From contig CM022666.1 of the NCBI GenBank assembly GCA_012295275.1, positions 7,316,001-7,380,000 of the forward strand: a stretch of 64,000 nt of DNA, read 5' to 3'. Below are positions 15,803 through 44,130 of the stretch, piece by piece; the first letter of the stretch is position 1; the number at the start of each line of letters is the position of its first letter. This DNA is from Chrysomallon squamiferum. Taxonomy: Eukaryota; Animalia; Mollusca. The notes under the pieces were generated by a model. The model did no database searches and had not been told where the DNA came from. It saw only the letters and a list, made by a program, of their open reading frames with translations. Both the position numbers and the translations under genes were made by a program.

Positions 15803-16153
15803 ATATATATATATAAGTGTATGTATGTGTTTACGATATTCCGTCGGACGTCAATCAATTACTCTGTAGACATTTAAGTACGTTCGTCGTGACACATTGT
15901 CAAAATATTTAAAGAAAAAAGAAAAAAAAAGAAGCATGTAGAACGTGGTTAGCCGTGCTAAACATCAAACTTTAAACTGACGTACTTTCCTATTACTGTA
16001 AATAACGTATCTTATGGCGCCATTGAAACAGATTTTTTTGATTTTTTTAAAAATTTTGCAGCTGTGTTGGTTAATTATTTTACCAGCGGGAAGTGACAAA
16101 AAAAAAGACAAAAAAAAGATATTTTTCTTTAAACGTTATTAACTTGTTTGAAG

Positions 16154-16197
<44 letters not shown>

Positions 16198-16302
16198 ACA
16201 AAATATATTGTTTATATAAAAGTACATGTATACTTCAAAGCATGTCTGCATACATACGTATGTAACATACGGCACATTCATTCATGCATGTCAGTACATC
16301 AG

Positions 16303-16356
<54 letters not shown>

Positions 16357-16365
16357 TATATATAT

Positions 16366-16410
<45 letters not shown>

Positions 16411-16667
16411 CATGCATGCACCCATCTACCCATCTATACATATATACACAGACATACAAAACACACATCTATACGGAGATACAGACAGAGATGTAGAGAT
16501 AGACAGATGGAGATAATTCCGTAGGTAGACAGAAAAAATATTCGAGGAAAAATTCAAAACCAAAAAGACAATAAGAACAAACGTAACAACAACAACAAAC
16601 AACAACAATAGCAGCAATAATAATATATTTTATTGATAATAAACAAGACATGGTTATTCAGTGTGGC

Positions 16668-16701
<34 letters not shown>

Positions 16702-18052
16702 GTAATAGTAATAATAATAATAGAGTGGTAGTCTTCCTACAAAGCGTTTTATTTATTTATTTATTTATTTTCTACTTTTTTTTTTTTCAAAATAATAATA
16801 CTAACAAAACAAAAAAAGCAACAACAAAAGAAAAAAAAACAAAAAAAACAACAAAAAAAAAAAAAATAAATAAATAAATAAATAAATAAAAAAAAATACC
16901 AATACACCCACCCTACTTTTTAATTCTCTGATAATAAATTAATTGACACAGTGTCTTGACGACAAGGATTCGTCATCCCTGTGTACACGACAACCGAGCT
17001 TGAGCAATCAGGGGAGGTAAGCAGAGAACAGTCGATTGATTAGTTTGTTGAGTAACGAATCATTGACATTTTAAGCTTTTACGTAACTTTTTTTTCTGCA
17101 AATTACTTACGAAATATATTCAGCGTGCACTAATCTTGTTTTCAGAAATGACGTCATTTCAAAGTCACGTTTCATTTTTCGTGATTAAGCTGCCAGGCAT
17201 TATGTTTATTTTTTATTATTATTATTATTATTATTAATTTATTTTTCTTGTTCACGTGAGGTAACTTAGTTCACCGAACCGTTAACGAATATTGTTATGA
17301 TCTACTCGATTGCGTAAAAGTGCTACTTTTGTGTTCGTGTGCAGTTCTGTTCGTTCAAGTCAATAAATTATCAGATCTGATGCTCCAACATAAAAAAAAG
17401 AATGTGCAGGCCACTTTCGTTAAAGCATTTTAATCGAAGGTAAATTATATGATTTGGTGAATGCTCGTAATATGTGGAAAAACTTAATCAAAGAAGCCAA
17501 ACGTTTTTGTCCTCATCACGGATTTTAGTTTGATTTATTCAACAAATACTCTATTTAGTTTCTTATATATAGATATAGATAGATAGATGCTCACACACAT
17601 ACACGAAGATACATACATACATATACATACATATATACATACATACATATTCACACACGCATACATGCAAACATGCACTCAAATACACATACATACATAA
17701 GTACGTATTTACACACATGCACACATGCAAACAGACATGCACACATATACAGAGACATGCATATGGATATAAACACAAATAATAGTGCAAGAGTTTGTGG
17801 GTACAAGTTAATTTGGTATATGTAGTTTTTCACGTAGTGCTAATGCAAAGCATATAGCCCGCTTAAAATGTGTTTTTGTTACCATTTCTTTGTTAAATAA
17901 TTCCTGTTCTCACTGTATTCAGATACAGAGAACTAAAATTCATCATTAAACACGTTAAACACACACTACCTGTTTTAACAGCCATTTGTTTCTTTTTCAT
18001 TTACGTTATACTGTAATTATAAGCTATTATGTATGTACCCATGCTGAATTAT

Positions 18053-18132
<80 letters not shown>

Positions 18133-19039
18133 GTCTGTCTTTCTCTGCCCCCCCTCTCTCTCTCCCCCTCCCTCCCTCTCTCTCAGTCTGTGACTACGAA
18201 TTTCCCTTCAGCAGTCTAGTCTAAGTCTATACAGCTATTTGTCTGACACAGTGGGGAGTTATCAGTGACTTGTTTAACAGAATCTGTGGTGCTTGCGTTT
18301 CTCTCTGCGGGAATGTGGACGTAAAACATCAGAGGCTGTTAAATAACAAGTGATATTGTTTGAACGCTGTCAACGACTTTTTTTTTATTTTTTTTATCAT
18401 TTCATCACTAGACCAGTAAATTAAATGAATAGATTATCGAACGAGCAAACGAATAAATGAATGAATGAGTGAATTTGATGATGATTATGATGAGAAGAAG
18501 AAAAGAAGAAGAAAAAAAAAGAAGGAATATGATAAATAAAAAAAAATATATAAAAAGTAAAAATATAAAAAAATATAAAAATAATACTTAACTAAAATAA
18601 TAAATAAATAATATACAACTAAAATAATAAATAAAATAAATAAATATATAAAATAAATAAATAAATAAACAAACAATCAAAAATAAACGAAACGAAACGA
18701 AACGAAACGAATACAAAAATTCCCTATCGTATATTTAACTATGCCACGTTCTCTCTAAGCCTTTTGTCAAATATCACACACAACAGAAAAAAAAACCCAC
18801 TGCTAATTCTAACACAGAACCGCCTAGAACTGGTACACATACTCAGATATACAGTGTGTAAAAATGTCCTATTCTTTCTCAATGACTCTAGGTGCAATGG
18901 GACGCGCACAGAAATCGATACAATGGTACACGAACCAAGGAGACTATAAATAACAGCACACACTGTTAGTGACCTTCCGTCATACGTTAATCTTGATGAA
19001 TTTGAAATACCGTATTTTCTCCAGTAATTATAACATGAT

Positions 19040-19160
19040 CTGTCTTTCTTTCTTTGTCTCTGGATATCTACTACCTGTCTGTCTTTCTTTGTCTCTGGAT
19101 ATCTACTACCTGCCTTTCTTTCTTTGTCTCTGGATATCTACTACCTGTTTTTCTTTCTGT
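19040..19160. repeat. 35-bp tandem repeat, ~3 copies
   Basis: tgtctctggatatctactacctg at 19055, 19090 and 19125. Confidence 0.85.
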
Positions 19161-19260
19161 CACTCGCTATATCTTTCTCTCGTTCTCCATTGCCAGTATA
19201 TTATTATTATTGTTGTTGTTGTTGTCATTATTGCTATTAGTATGGTCACTATTATTGCTA

Positions 19261-19297
<37 letters not shown>

Positions 19298-19541
19298 CAT
19301 TACTGTTATTGTTGTTGCTGTTGTTACCATCATTATAATAATCATAATTGTTGTTCTTCTTCTCATTATTATTATTATTATTATTGTTGTTGTTGTGGTT
19401 TCTGTTGTTGTTGTTATTTTTATTAGTACTATTACTACTATTACTACTACTGCTGCTACTATTATTATTATTATTAGTAGTAGTAGTAGTAGTAGTTGTA
19501 GTAGTAGTTGTAATATTAGTGTTACTATTACAGCGAGGACC

Positions 19542-25920
<6,379 letters not shown>

Positions 25921-26023
25921 GACACAACGTCCACTAGCTGCTCGTGTTGTTGTTCATGTCAGTACCACCACCTGTGATAAATGTGAATGTTTGTTTTACG
26001 TGTGTGTCGTGTGTGTGTCTGTG

Positions 26024-26065
<42 letters not shown>

Positions 26066-26201
26066 TGTCGGTGTCTGTTCATGTAATGTGTGCGTGTGTC
26101 TGTCTGTATGAAGTGTGCATTACACACTAAGTCAGTGTTTAAGAGTTTCATTAGACAGTTGATGACTTGCAGTATTAATTAAAACAACTAATAAACTAAT
26201 G

Positions 26202-26255
<54 letters not shown>

Positions 26256-26362
26256 GACATACACAGAGGTCGAGACATTTACACATACGCACATATATTC
26301 AAAATATATAGACAAATATAATCTATAAGCTATATACATTAATATATGTGAACATATGTAAC

Positions 26363-26394
<32 letters not shown>

Positions 26395-26564
26395 TATTTA
26401 TATATATACATACATACATATATATATACATGCATGCATACATACACACACTTCTGTTTTCATAGTTCTATATATAACAAGCTGCTTGGATGATGTAACA
26501 GTTTAGTTGTGTTAATGTTTTTATTGAAATGATGGTGAATTGTTCTTATTGTTAATAATGACAC

Positions 26565-26603
<39 letters not shown>

Positions 26604-26636
26604 TTTGTTTTGTTGATGTGAAAGTCAAACTTTTGC

Positions 26637-26717
<81 letters not shown>

Positions 26718-27034
26718 CCAGTTAATCATTTCAAAAAAAAAGAAAGAAAGAAAAAAAGAACTATCACATTAATTTTTTACCTGGTATTGTTTTCTAAAGG
26801 TTATTATATAGCAGTTCATCACCTTCTTGTGTCTTGGCTGTGTTTTGTAAATGTTTTGTATCACTCTTTATAAAAGATTTTATTTTTTATTTTTGTTTGT
26901 GTAGAGATGTCACTCTTATGCAATAACTTGTGACAATGTTTTGTTAATGAAATATTGTTGTTACATGCTCGATCTTACTGATATTGAAAATATATGTATC
27001 ATTATGTTTCATGATGATGATGATGATGATGATG

Positions 27035-27069
<35 letters not shown>

Positions 27070-27385
27070 GTAGTAATAATAATAATAATAAAATAGTAGT
27101 AATAATAATAATAATAATGATGATAATAATAATAATAATATAATAACGATTGTGATAGTATGATGATGATGACGACGACAACTACGACGACAACAGTAAT
27201 AGTAAGTAAGACAAGAGACTCTGACTCTGTCCGAAAAATAATAAATAAATAGATAAATAAATAAATATATAAATAATCAGGTATTAATAATTTGTAGCAT
27301 GTGCCTTCGAAACATTGTAATATGCAAGTACCGTTGAAATTTGCCTTAAATGTACTATTTATTTATTTATTTAGTTATTTACTGA

Positions 27386-27466
<81 letters not shown>

Positions 27467-27631
27467 TACTGATTTATTATTGTTCTTGTTATTGTTGCTG
27501 TTATTATTATTATTATATCATCATTATCATCGTCATCATCATCTTCATTATTAAATAAATAACAATTATTATTATTATTATTATTACTATTGCTATTATT
27601 ATTATTGTTATTAAAATTATTACTATTATTA

Positions 27632-27678
<47 letters not shown>

Positions 27679-28924
27679 TATTATTATTATTATTATTATT
27701 ATTGTGTCTACATTTGTAAATAATTCTCTTCATAAAACATGTTATATGCAAATACGGAAAGGGTAACTCTAAGCAATAACCACCCATATTGTCACGTACA
27801 CACCCGTACACACCCGTACACACCCATACACATCCGTACCCACGAATTTATTTTATTCTGAAAAGGACTGACGTTCTTTCGAAATATAGGCCTAATGTAT
27901 TTTGAACCTTAACTGGTACAAACGTACGACATCAACTGAATATGTATTTATAATTTTGATAATAAAATTGTTATATTTGATGATTTTATCTTATTATTTT
28001 AAATTAATTTTAAATTAATTTGTTTAGGAGGGAGTCGATAATGGCTACTTATGTATGTTTATAAGCAAATTTCTTCTTCTTCTTCTCATTATTGGTATTA
28101 TTATTATTATTATTATTACCACTATTACTACTACTACAACTACTACTACTGCCAGTACTACTGATACAGCTACTGCTACTTCCACTAATATAAAAAAAAA
28201 TTAAATGATTAGAAACTAAAAAGTCAAAAAACACTGTTATCGCGATTTTACAGTGGCAGTCCTCTTACGAAAATACACTGATAATTTACTCGTTACAGCG
28301 ATAATTTTTTTTAAAATAAAAATACAGTGTATCTGTTATATCTGTGTGATATATATTTTTATATAAGCATTTACCGCTTTAGGCAACAGATAATAATCTT
28401 CTTTGACATAGGCTGTCGATAAACTTATTTATTAATATTATTTTATTAAATGTGGCAGTCTTCTTAACGAAGACAAAAAATTACTTCCAGTTTGACTAAG
28501 ATTTATACAACAGAACTGACTGTACCAAACATACACAGTGCCCGTCTTTTGCTACAGTTAAGAAAGGGGTAGATAGACAGAAACAAGAATATGATGAATA
28601 TGTGAGAGAGAGAACGCGAGAGTCAGATAATGTGAATCTAGAAAGACGGGGAAGAGCAAATAAAGAGACAACAAAAGTATTTATAATATCAATAACCAAC
28701 CAACTAACTAAATAACCATATATGTGTATGTGTGTGTGTATGTGTGTGTGTGTGTATATATATTTATGTATGTATGTGTGTGTATGTATGTAGTATATAT
28801 ATGAGTGTGTGTGAGTGTGTGTGCGTGTGTGTGTGTGTGTAAACAACGAAATAAATAAATAAATAAATAAATAAAACCGTAAAAAAAATTTAAGATATTT
28901 TAATAATTTAATAATATCATACTA

Positions 28925-28974
<50 letters not shown>

Positions 28975-29365
28975 TTTGTTGATTTCTCGTTTTTATTTCT
29001 TTCGTTTTGTTTTGTTGCTGTGGTTATTTTTAACTTTGTTCATGAACATACGTCTCTGCGCTCTGTCGTTTGCAGAAATATGATTATTATCATGATAAAG
29101 AAGGGAAAAACATTTATTTAAAAAAAAAAGAAAGAAAAGAAATATGAAACATCTGTCATCACGGCATGAAATACATTTTCCACAGCACTTGCTCTCAATA
29201 GTTCACGTTTCCCTGACTTTTTTCTTTTCATTTTCTTTTTTTTTAACTTGATCATAAACTCAATGCAAATATTTTCATTGGTTTTGGTCGAGCATTTATA
29301 ATCAGGATATTAATAGAAATCAGTGTAACAAGCACATAACTAGTTCTGTTTTGTTGTTGTAGATT

Positions 29366-29455
<90 letters not shown>

Positions 29456-29518
29456 CGCGTGTGTAAATAAAACAGGAAAAACTAAAAAGAAAAAAAATTT
29501 CGAACAGTATTTAAAACG

Positions 29519-29557
<39 letters not shown>

Positions 29558-29792
29558 ATTACATACATTCATTCATTCACACCTTTATTTATTTACTTCA
29601 TGCCGTTGCTTGGTTTTTGTCTGAACAATGAAGTACATGGCGAGACCTTTTCACCTCTGCGAGACGCACAGCCGCGGTGATTTCTATGAATATTTCACGG
29701 ATACATCAGTCTTTTCAATGGTTTCACTTCACTGCGATTTATCAACACGCTACCTACTGTGTTACTTGTACATAAAACATTCATGTAGCTAA

Positions 29793-30373
<581 letters not shown>

Positions 30374-31263
30374 AGTAAACAGAAGTAGTGATATATTGAC
30401 GTAACAGACAACACTTTAATCTTACATGACTTCCACTGAAACACCAAGCATTCTTCAGTAGAGTACAGGATGCACGATCAAATCCCTTTGAGGATAAATT
30501 AACGTTTTTACCTTTTTCTTTTTTCCTTGTGTGTAGTAATTTTAATGTAAAACATATCCCAGTTTCTTCATGGTCGGTGAGGCTTGTCGGCTTACTGCAA
30601 AATATATTATTGATGAAACTGTATTATTTATAGACTGTTTTTTTTTCATAACGCCTGTGTTACGAAGAATCAACGTACTGACGTCACTTATGACGTAATC
30701 TTCCAAAGATGACGAAACTGAGCAAAATCTTATTAACTTGGTCAGAATAATAAAATAAAAAAGGTCACTTAAATATAAGTATATTTAATAAATATTTGTA
30801 TTGGCCTCAAAGATCATGTGACCTTCCGAAACTCATTATGACTGCTTAATAATATGAATGTAGGTCAACGTAAAAAAAACAATTTTTTTATTTTAAAAAA
30901 AAACTTATTTCTCTTTAATTACATGTTTATGTCAATATATGCTTCTTTGTTTTCAGCTTTAATAAAACAAAAATATTTTACCTTTTGTAATTAGCGCGTT
31001 TATAATATACTATTACTAGAAATTGAAATTTATCACTAAGAATCGCTTTGGATATAATTCCATGGCTGATTGATTTTATAATGTAGTTATTTCACGAAGT
31101 AGGTGATTAAAAGTTGTTAATACAAATTGTAATCTATTCGTTTATTTGTTAATGGAACTGACATCTGTCTAAACAGCATCAGAAATAATATGTGTGTGTG
31201 TGTGTGTGTGTGTGCGTGTGTGAATACATCTAGAAATTTATCAAATAAAGAGAGAAGAATTAA

Positions 31264-31331
31264 TATAATTTTATATCAAAAATAAGAAAATTATAAATAT
31301 ATAATTTTCTTATTTTTGATATAAAATTATA
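31264..31331. repeat. Perfect AT-rich inverted repeat: 32-bp arms, 4-nt spacer
   Basis: tataattttatatcaaaaataagaaaattata-aata-tataattttcttatttttgatataaaattata. Confidence 0.9.
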
Positions 31332-31745
31332 ATAAACAAATAAAAGTAGATTAATAAAATACACAAAAACACTAAAACCACAAATATAAAAATATAAAAT
31401 AACAAGAATATAAATAAATAAATATTAAGTAAATATTAAATAAATAAGCTGAGGTTATACATGAATAAAAAAAAAAAAAAAAAGCCATCAATATTAGCAT
31501 AATCATTATCAACATGAACAAAACAAACGAAACAAAGCAACAACAACAGCAGCAACAACAACAACGAAATAACCTACATAATAAATTAAAATTTAAATAA
31601 AAAACAAAATTTGCTTTATTTTCACCATCACACATTGAAATGTGATGAAACTTGGTCGACAACCTTTTGATAAAATCTTTTATCATCAGGTTACTTACCT
31701 ATTTTTCTCATCTAAGAAATAAGGTCCAAAAAAAAAAAAAAAAAA

Positions 31746-31800
<55 letters not shown>

Positions 31801-32308
31801 AATAAAATAAATAAATAAATAATATTAAATTAAATTAATGAATAAACAAAGTAATTATATTAAATTAAATTAAATTAAATTAAATTAAATTAAATCAAAT
31901 TAAATCAAATATATAAAGTAATTAAATTAAATTAAATTAAATTAATAAATAAACAAAGTACTTAAATTAAATAATAAATACCAAAAAAAAAAAAAAAATC
32001 AAAATAAAACTTTAAATAATAAAAATTAAAAACATAATATGTGCTTATTCAACCGAACACGGTGCGACCCATTTCAGAAGAGTTTTGTTGACGTGGCAGC
32101 CATTTTGTTTTGACTCGGCGATATGACTCACGAATTCTGTTTTCGTTGAATCTTTTCAGTGCGTCTCCTTTCAGTATGTGCGGCGGAGTGAACGTGCGCC
32201 CGGGTCTGGCGGTATCAGGTGGAGGCTTATCTCAGAATCACATCGAGCAGACGAAGCTGAAATCACATTACAGAATTACCATAATGCACGAGTTTGGGAC
32301 GAAACGGG

Positions 32309-32342
<34 letters not shown>

Positions 32343-33284
32343 GAAAAGTTCTAACGTTACCTAACGTAAAGAATCAGAAAGACGTAAATAAAAATGTTTT
32401 CAGTATATTGTGCTGAGAAACTTTTTTTTGTTTCGTTTTTTAAATAAGAGAAAATTCAAAATGGTTCACCGAGTAAAATCCAGTCTTTAAAATAATAAAA
32501 TGTTTACATTATTATGTAATTGTTATTAGGGTTGGGTTTTTTTTTTTTTGTTGTTGTGTTTTTATTGTGGATTTTTAAAATTGTTTATTTTTTGTTTGTT
32601 TGTTTTTGTGGGTTTTTTCTGTTGTTTTTTGAGGGTTTTGGATTTTTGTTTTTAGAGTTTTATAATCTGTTTTCGTCTTGTTTCTGAATCTTTATCAAGA
32701 AACATTTATTTATTGTGACGTGTAACAAATATTCATTTAAATGCTGCTTAGAAGAAGGAATAAAAGCTTACATTTTGTTTTTAAACTTCTAATCTGTTTC
32801 AGAAAACATAGCCGAGAACAAATCCCCCTCCCTCTGCCTACGAGCCAGCCCACACCCCTTGAACCCCACCCCCTGTACAAAAATTCAGATCCGTCACACT
32901 TTGGCGTAACCACCTACGGTTCACTATATCTTTATGCAAAGTAGTCTTAAGGCATAATGCATACGATGAACATAAAAAAATATATATATATAAAAAGAAA
33001 AAAGAAGAAGAACTAGAAATATTTTCTTGCACACAGGTAAGGAAATTTTATTACTACTTAGTTTTTCTGACAGAAATATTATTTAATTGAATGAATGACG
33101 GAAAAAAACAAATACAAAGGATGGAAGAAAATGACATGCTTACACATACATATATAAAAACACACATTTACATATATACATGCATATATACCTATGCCTA
33201 TACCCATACCCATATACATATATGTATGTATATATACATATATATATATATATACACACACATATATATATGTGTATATATACA

Positions 33285-33338
<54 letters not shown>

Positions 33339-33359
33339 GATAGATAGATAGATAGATAT

Positions 33360-33399
<40 letters not shown>

Positions 33400-33453
33400 A
33401 TAAATAAAAATATACATGTACACATACATTGGTACATACATATAGAGATATAT

Positions 33454-33514
<61 letters not shown>

Positions 33515-33844
33515 ACGTGAATGCTAACCGCTGTTTTCTGTTGCACTTTAAAATGCTATCCAAATTTGCCTACAGTTGAGCACAATTATTATTTTCCGAG
33601 TATTCATAACTCGAAACGGGCTTTGTTGTTCACCCATGCTGCTCACTCGGGTGTAAAATACAATGTAGAAATTATTAATGGAAACAAAATCTATTCACTA
33701 TTCAGCAGTATAAAGAGTTTTGTTCGTAACTCATCTAGTTACAAGAACATGTTATTTCCAAAATACAGGAAAGTGGGTGGTTTTTGTTTGTTTTTTTCTC
33801 TCACAGAGCTAAACTGATAAAATAAGGTAAAAATATTAGCTATT

Positions 33845-34380
33845 ATGGAGCACTGGTTGTAACGGTATATTCGGTTACCGTCAGTTACGTTGTTGGATAG
33901 TGATAATGAAACATGAAGTAATAAAACGGCGATCATTTCATAAAAAGAAACAGTGTGAACAGCAATGCCTGGAAACAGATTTTAAACCCGTGATCGCAGT
34001 ACTGGTTGGAACGAGAAATCAACATTTCTAAAACTTTTGAAAAGAAATTTCTGCATAACTGTTTTCTGTAATGATGATGTCTGTTCAAGTTACCACCGTA
34101 TAAGGTAAAAAGAAACAAAACAGCTAATTTTATACAAAATATGTTGTTGTGTTTTTTTTTTTTATTTTTTTTTTTTAATGGAAATGAAAATTTCAAATGT
34201 TTCCAGATGTCTGTAAGTAAAACTATTTACGAATATGAGCATTAAAAAAAAAAAAAAAAAAAAAAATAAATAAATACTAAAAAAAAGTATCATACAATTG
34301 TAAATATCATACAATTTCAAAAGCATATGTTCATATGTCTCTATATATCCAGAGCACTTGTTAGAACGAGATATCCACAG
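33845..34380 (-). mobile_element. Three degenerate copies of a SINE core motif (GAGCACTGGTTGGAACGAGAAAT-like on +)
   Basis: ggagcactggttgtaacgg (~33847), cagtactggttggaacgagaaat (~33997), agagcacttgttagaacgagatat (~34351). Confidence 0.35.
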
Positions 34381-34392
34381 ATGACACCATAC

Positions 34393-34424
<32 letters not shown>

Positions 34425-35533
34425 TGTTTGATACATTTAACAAATCATAATGTCAGAAAATATTTAACATCATACGTTTTGCAGAACATTTCAAAAGATA
34501 CATTGTGTTTCTAGCGACTGTTTGGGATTTTAACACATGGTCCCCTAAAACTGTTGGAACGACATATACAGCAGCTACAATAACCACTGCATATATCAAA
34601 CAAACAAAAACACATCTAATCATACACATCGATAAAATGCGGATCTTTGAGAACACTCACTTCGTATTACTGAAGGGATAACCTATCTTTATCTTTCTTT
34701 ATTTATTTTATTATTATTTTTTTTTTTTCTCTATTCACTCTTTCGTCCGTGTCACTATGGTCAATAATAATAAAACAAATCCATGACATTTTATTTTTAT
34801 AAAATGCCATCAGTAGAAAAGGTCAGTATTTATCGATGGATATCATTCAGAACATGGCATGGTTACTGACCATACACTGTGTATTGTCCACTTATTGTCC
34901 AGCCAGGTATGATAATGGGAAATAAGGCAGGTTTAAAACTGGAGAGAAAAACAATATATACGTTTTATAACAATACCTGGCTGGCGCGACAGGTGAAAGG
35001 TGAAAGTTTAAAGGTGAAAGGTAATGTTTACTTTTTATTTGTTTTTAATAATGTAATACATTTTTGTTATATTTTGTGTATGTGAGTGTGTTTGTTTGTG
35101 TTTGTTGTAAGTTTGTATTTATGAGTGTGTTTGTTATATGTTTGTATATATGAGTGTGTTTGTGTGTGTTTGTTATATGTTTGTATTTGTGAGTGTGTTT
35201 GTTTGTGTTTGTTATATGTTTGTATATGTGAGTGTGTTTGTGTTTGTTATATGTTTGTATATGTCAGTGTGTTTATTTGTGTTTGTTATATGTTTGTATA
35301 TATGAGTGTGTTTGTGTGTGTTATTAGTTCTTATATGTGAGTGTGTTTGTGTATCTGTGTAGCTATGTACAAAGGTATAAACGTACAGATGTTTGTATGG
35401 ATATATATATGTGTGCATGTATATGTGAGTATATATATTTATTTATATGTATGTAAGTTTATGTATATGTTTATATATGTATTTGTGTATGTATATTTGT
35501 GTATATATATGTATGTACTCCTAATGTATGTAG

Positions 35534-35568
<35 letters not shown>

Positions 35569-35941
35569 ACATTATCTATTTATGTATGTTTATGTATATT
35601 TATGTTTGTGTATGTATATATGTATATATTTTTGTATGTATGTATCTGTGAGTGTATATATTTATTTATATGTATGTTTGTTTATATATATGTTTATATA
35701 TGTATTTATGTATGTATATGGGTGTATATATATATATGTATGTACTCCGTATGTACTTAGATGTGTGTTTATGTGGATGTATGTTTGTGTGTCTGTGTAT
35801 GAGTGAATGTGTGTGTGTGTAACATATATACATGCATACAGTACTACTACTAATACTATTATTGTTGTTGTAGTTGTTGTAGTTGCTGTAATAACGTGGG
35901 TGTATCTACGTAACTCTTATTTTCATCCAGGAATCGTCCTA

Positions 35942-39036
<3,095 letters not shown>

Positions 39037-39604
39037 ACAGATTTAAATGCAAATATATGATGTATCCGTGATGGGGAAAACAAATATCGAATGGTGCACG
39101 GGGACTCAGGCTTTAAAGACTTGTGTGCTAATTGTCAAATAGATAATTATTTGAAAGCTATGTTTAATAACAAATTATATGATACAATTAATTACGTACA
39201 TATAAAACTGGACAGGAGTCAGAAAATATTAAACTGCATTTTTGGTGATACAACGAAATATTGTAAATATATTTTCAACAGAAATATTTACATTTTAACT
39301 GTGACATATATACGCTATTTAATATATAAAGCAATTCGTTTATTTATGCTTTTATTTAAAGCTGCAGTTACTGGTTTTTATTTAATTCATATTAGGTTAT
39401 CGTTACCATCCATCAAATATTTGATGAGAATATCCTTCAATATTCGCATTAAGTGAAACGTGGACCCTTTAATTAGTTTCGTACCACCATGAAAATGTCT
39501 TAAGTAAGTGTGTCCCCACAGATATTTTTGGTTGTTGATTTTTGTTGTTGTTTTTTAAGTCTTTTTTTTTTTTTTTTTTGTGTGTCGTTCCAACTAGTGA
39601 CCTG

Positions 39605-42822
<3,218 letters not shown>

Positions 42823-44055
42823 CTTTATTTTTATTTGTTTGTTTTGTTTTTTTTTTTTTTTTTTTTTTCTTGAAGCTTTCTTTTCTTTTTCTTCTTCTTT
42901 TGTTTTTCCTTTTCTTCTTTGTTTTTTGTTGTTTAGTCTATAGTTTGTACTCACTAATAAATGATTTATAAAATAGGTCGTTTTTTTACATTTATGTATT
43001 TCTGTTTACTTATTTTTGATTTTATGAACGACAACAGACAGAGGAAAAGACTTGAACTGTGGTATTTGGTGAAGAAAAAAGTGTTCTTTTTTAGTTTTAA
43101 CACAGCAGAATGTCTTGAATCTTGTTTAGCATAAAGTACTTTATGCACTCAGCCATTTTTTTTCCACACACCTTGAATATATTTAGCGAGATTTCTTGTC
43201 CAGCAGGATTCTTGATTTTATTCACCAAAACTGCTGGAATCTCGTTCAGTATAATTCTCCTACGCATTCAGCAAATGCTTCGAAATTTACTCCACAGTTC
43301 GATAATTTCCTTGCCAACATTTCTTTTATATAGTCACAAACAAATTCCTGATTTTATTCAGGAACAGATCATGAATCTGTTCAGCAAAATATGGCGTTCT
43401 TGTTCACCTAAGTTTCTTCTACCTGTTCACCAGCAGCTCTAGTTCTTCATATCATTGTTCATCGACAAACGGTTATATATCGGAACATCAAAAAATAATA
43501 ATTTCCCGTCAGTCACCTGCACTGTGTATTAAACACACAGATCAATCCACAAGAAAATACAAAACCTCTGATGATTTATATCCAGCCTCTCTCCCATCTG
43601 AACAATACTGAAAAATACAAAAACATTCTTATTTGTTTTACAAGTGGCAGCCAGGAATATATCTGAGTTACTAACGACCTATTTTTCCTATTGGACCTTT
43701 GAAAAGGTGTCTGAGATTAATAGCCACCGGTATTAAAAGACGTTTTAAACTCTTTCAAACTTTTTACGTTATTCAAGCGGTTATTGATAATTTCATTCTG
43801 TTTGTCTCTAGCGGGTATTCTCTTTGATTTCTTTGCATTGATGATAAATGAACTGGAAGCAATGAATACAATGTCTAGATTGGGCGGTAATGTTGACAGT
43901 CGAACCAAATATCCATTGTTATGCATAAAGATACTAAACAATGCAAAATGTTCTCTTTTTGTGGGGGTTTTTGTGGGGTTTTTTCTTCCCTTTTCGTCTT
44001 CTTTTTCTTCCCCTCTGTTTTCTTTCTTCTTTACTTTCTGTATGTGTGTGTGTGC

Positions 44056-44130
<75 letters not shown>

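Noticed and set aside
16950-17022. 5' UTR exon of MCT-A (GAG|GTAAGC donor at 17017); similarly CAG|GTAAGG at 33037 for MCT-B
   Set aside because: Upstream exons are likely, but donor motifs alone cannot locate them without transcript data.
43717-43941. LINE reverse-transcriptase tail (NNVKSLKEFKTSF)
   Set aside because: Only a short suggestive motif; no RT core.
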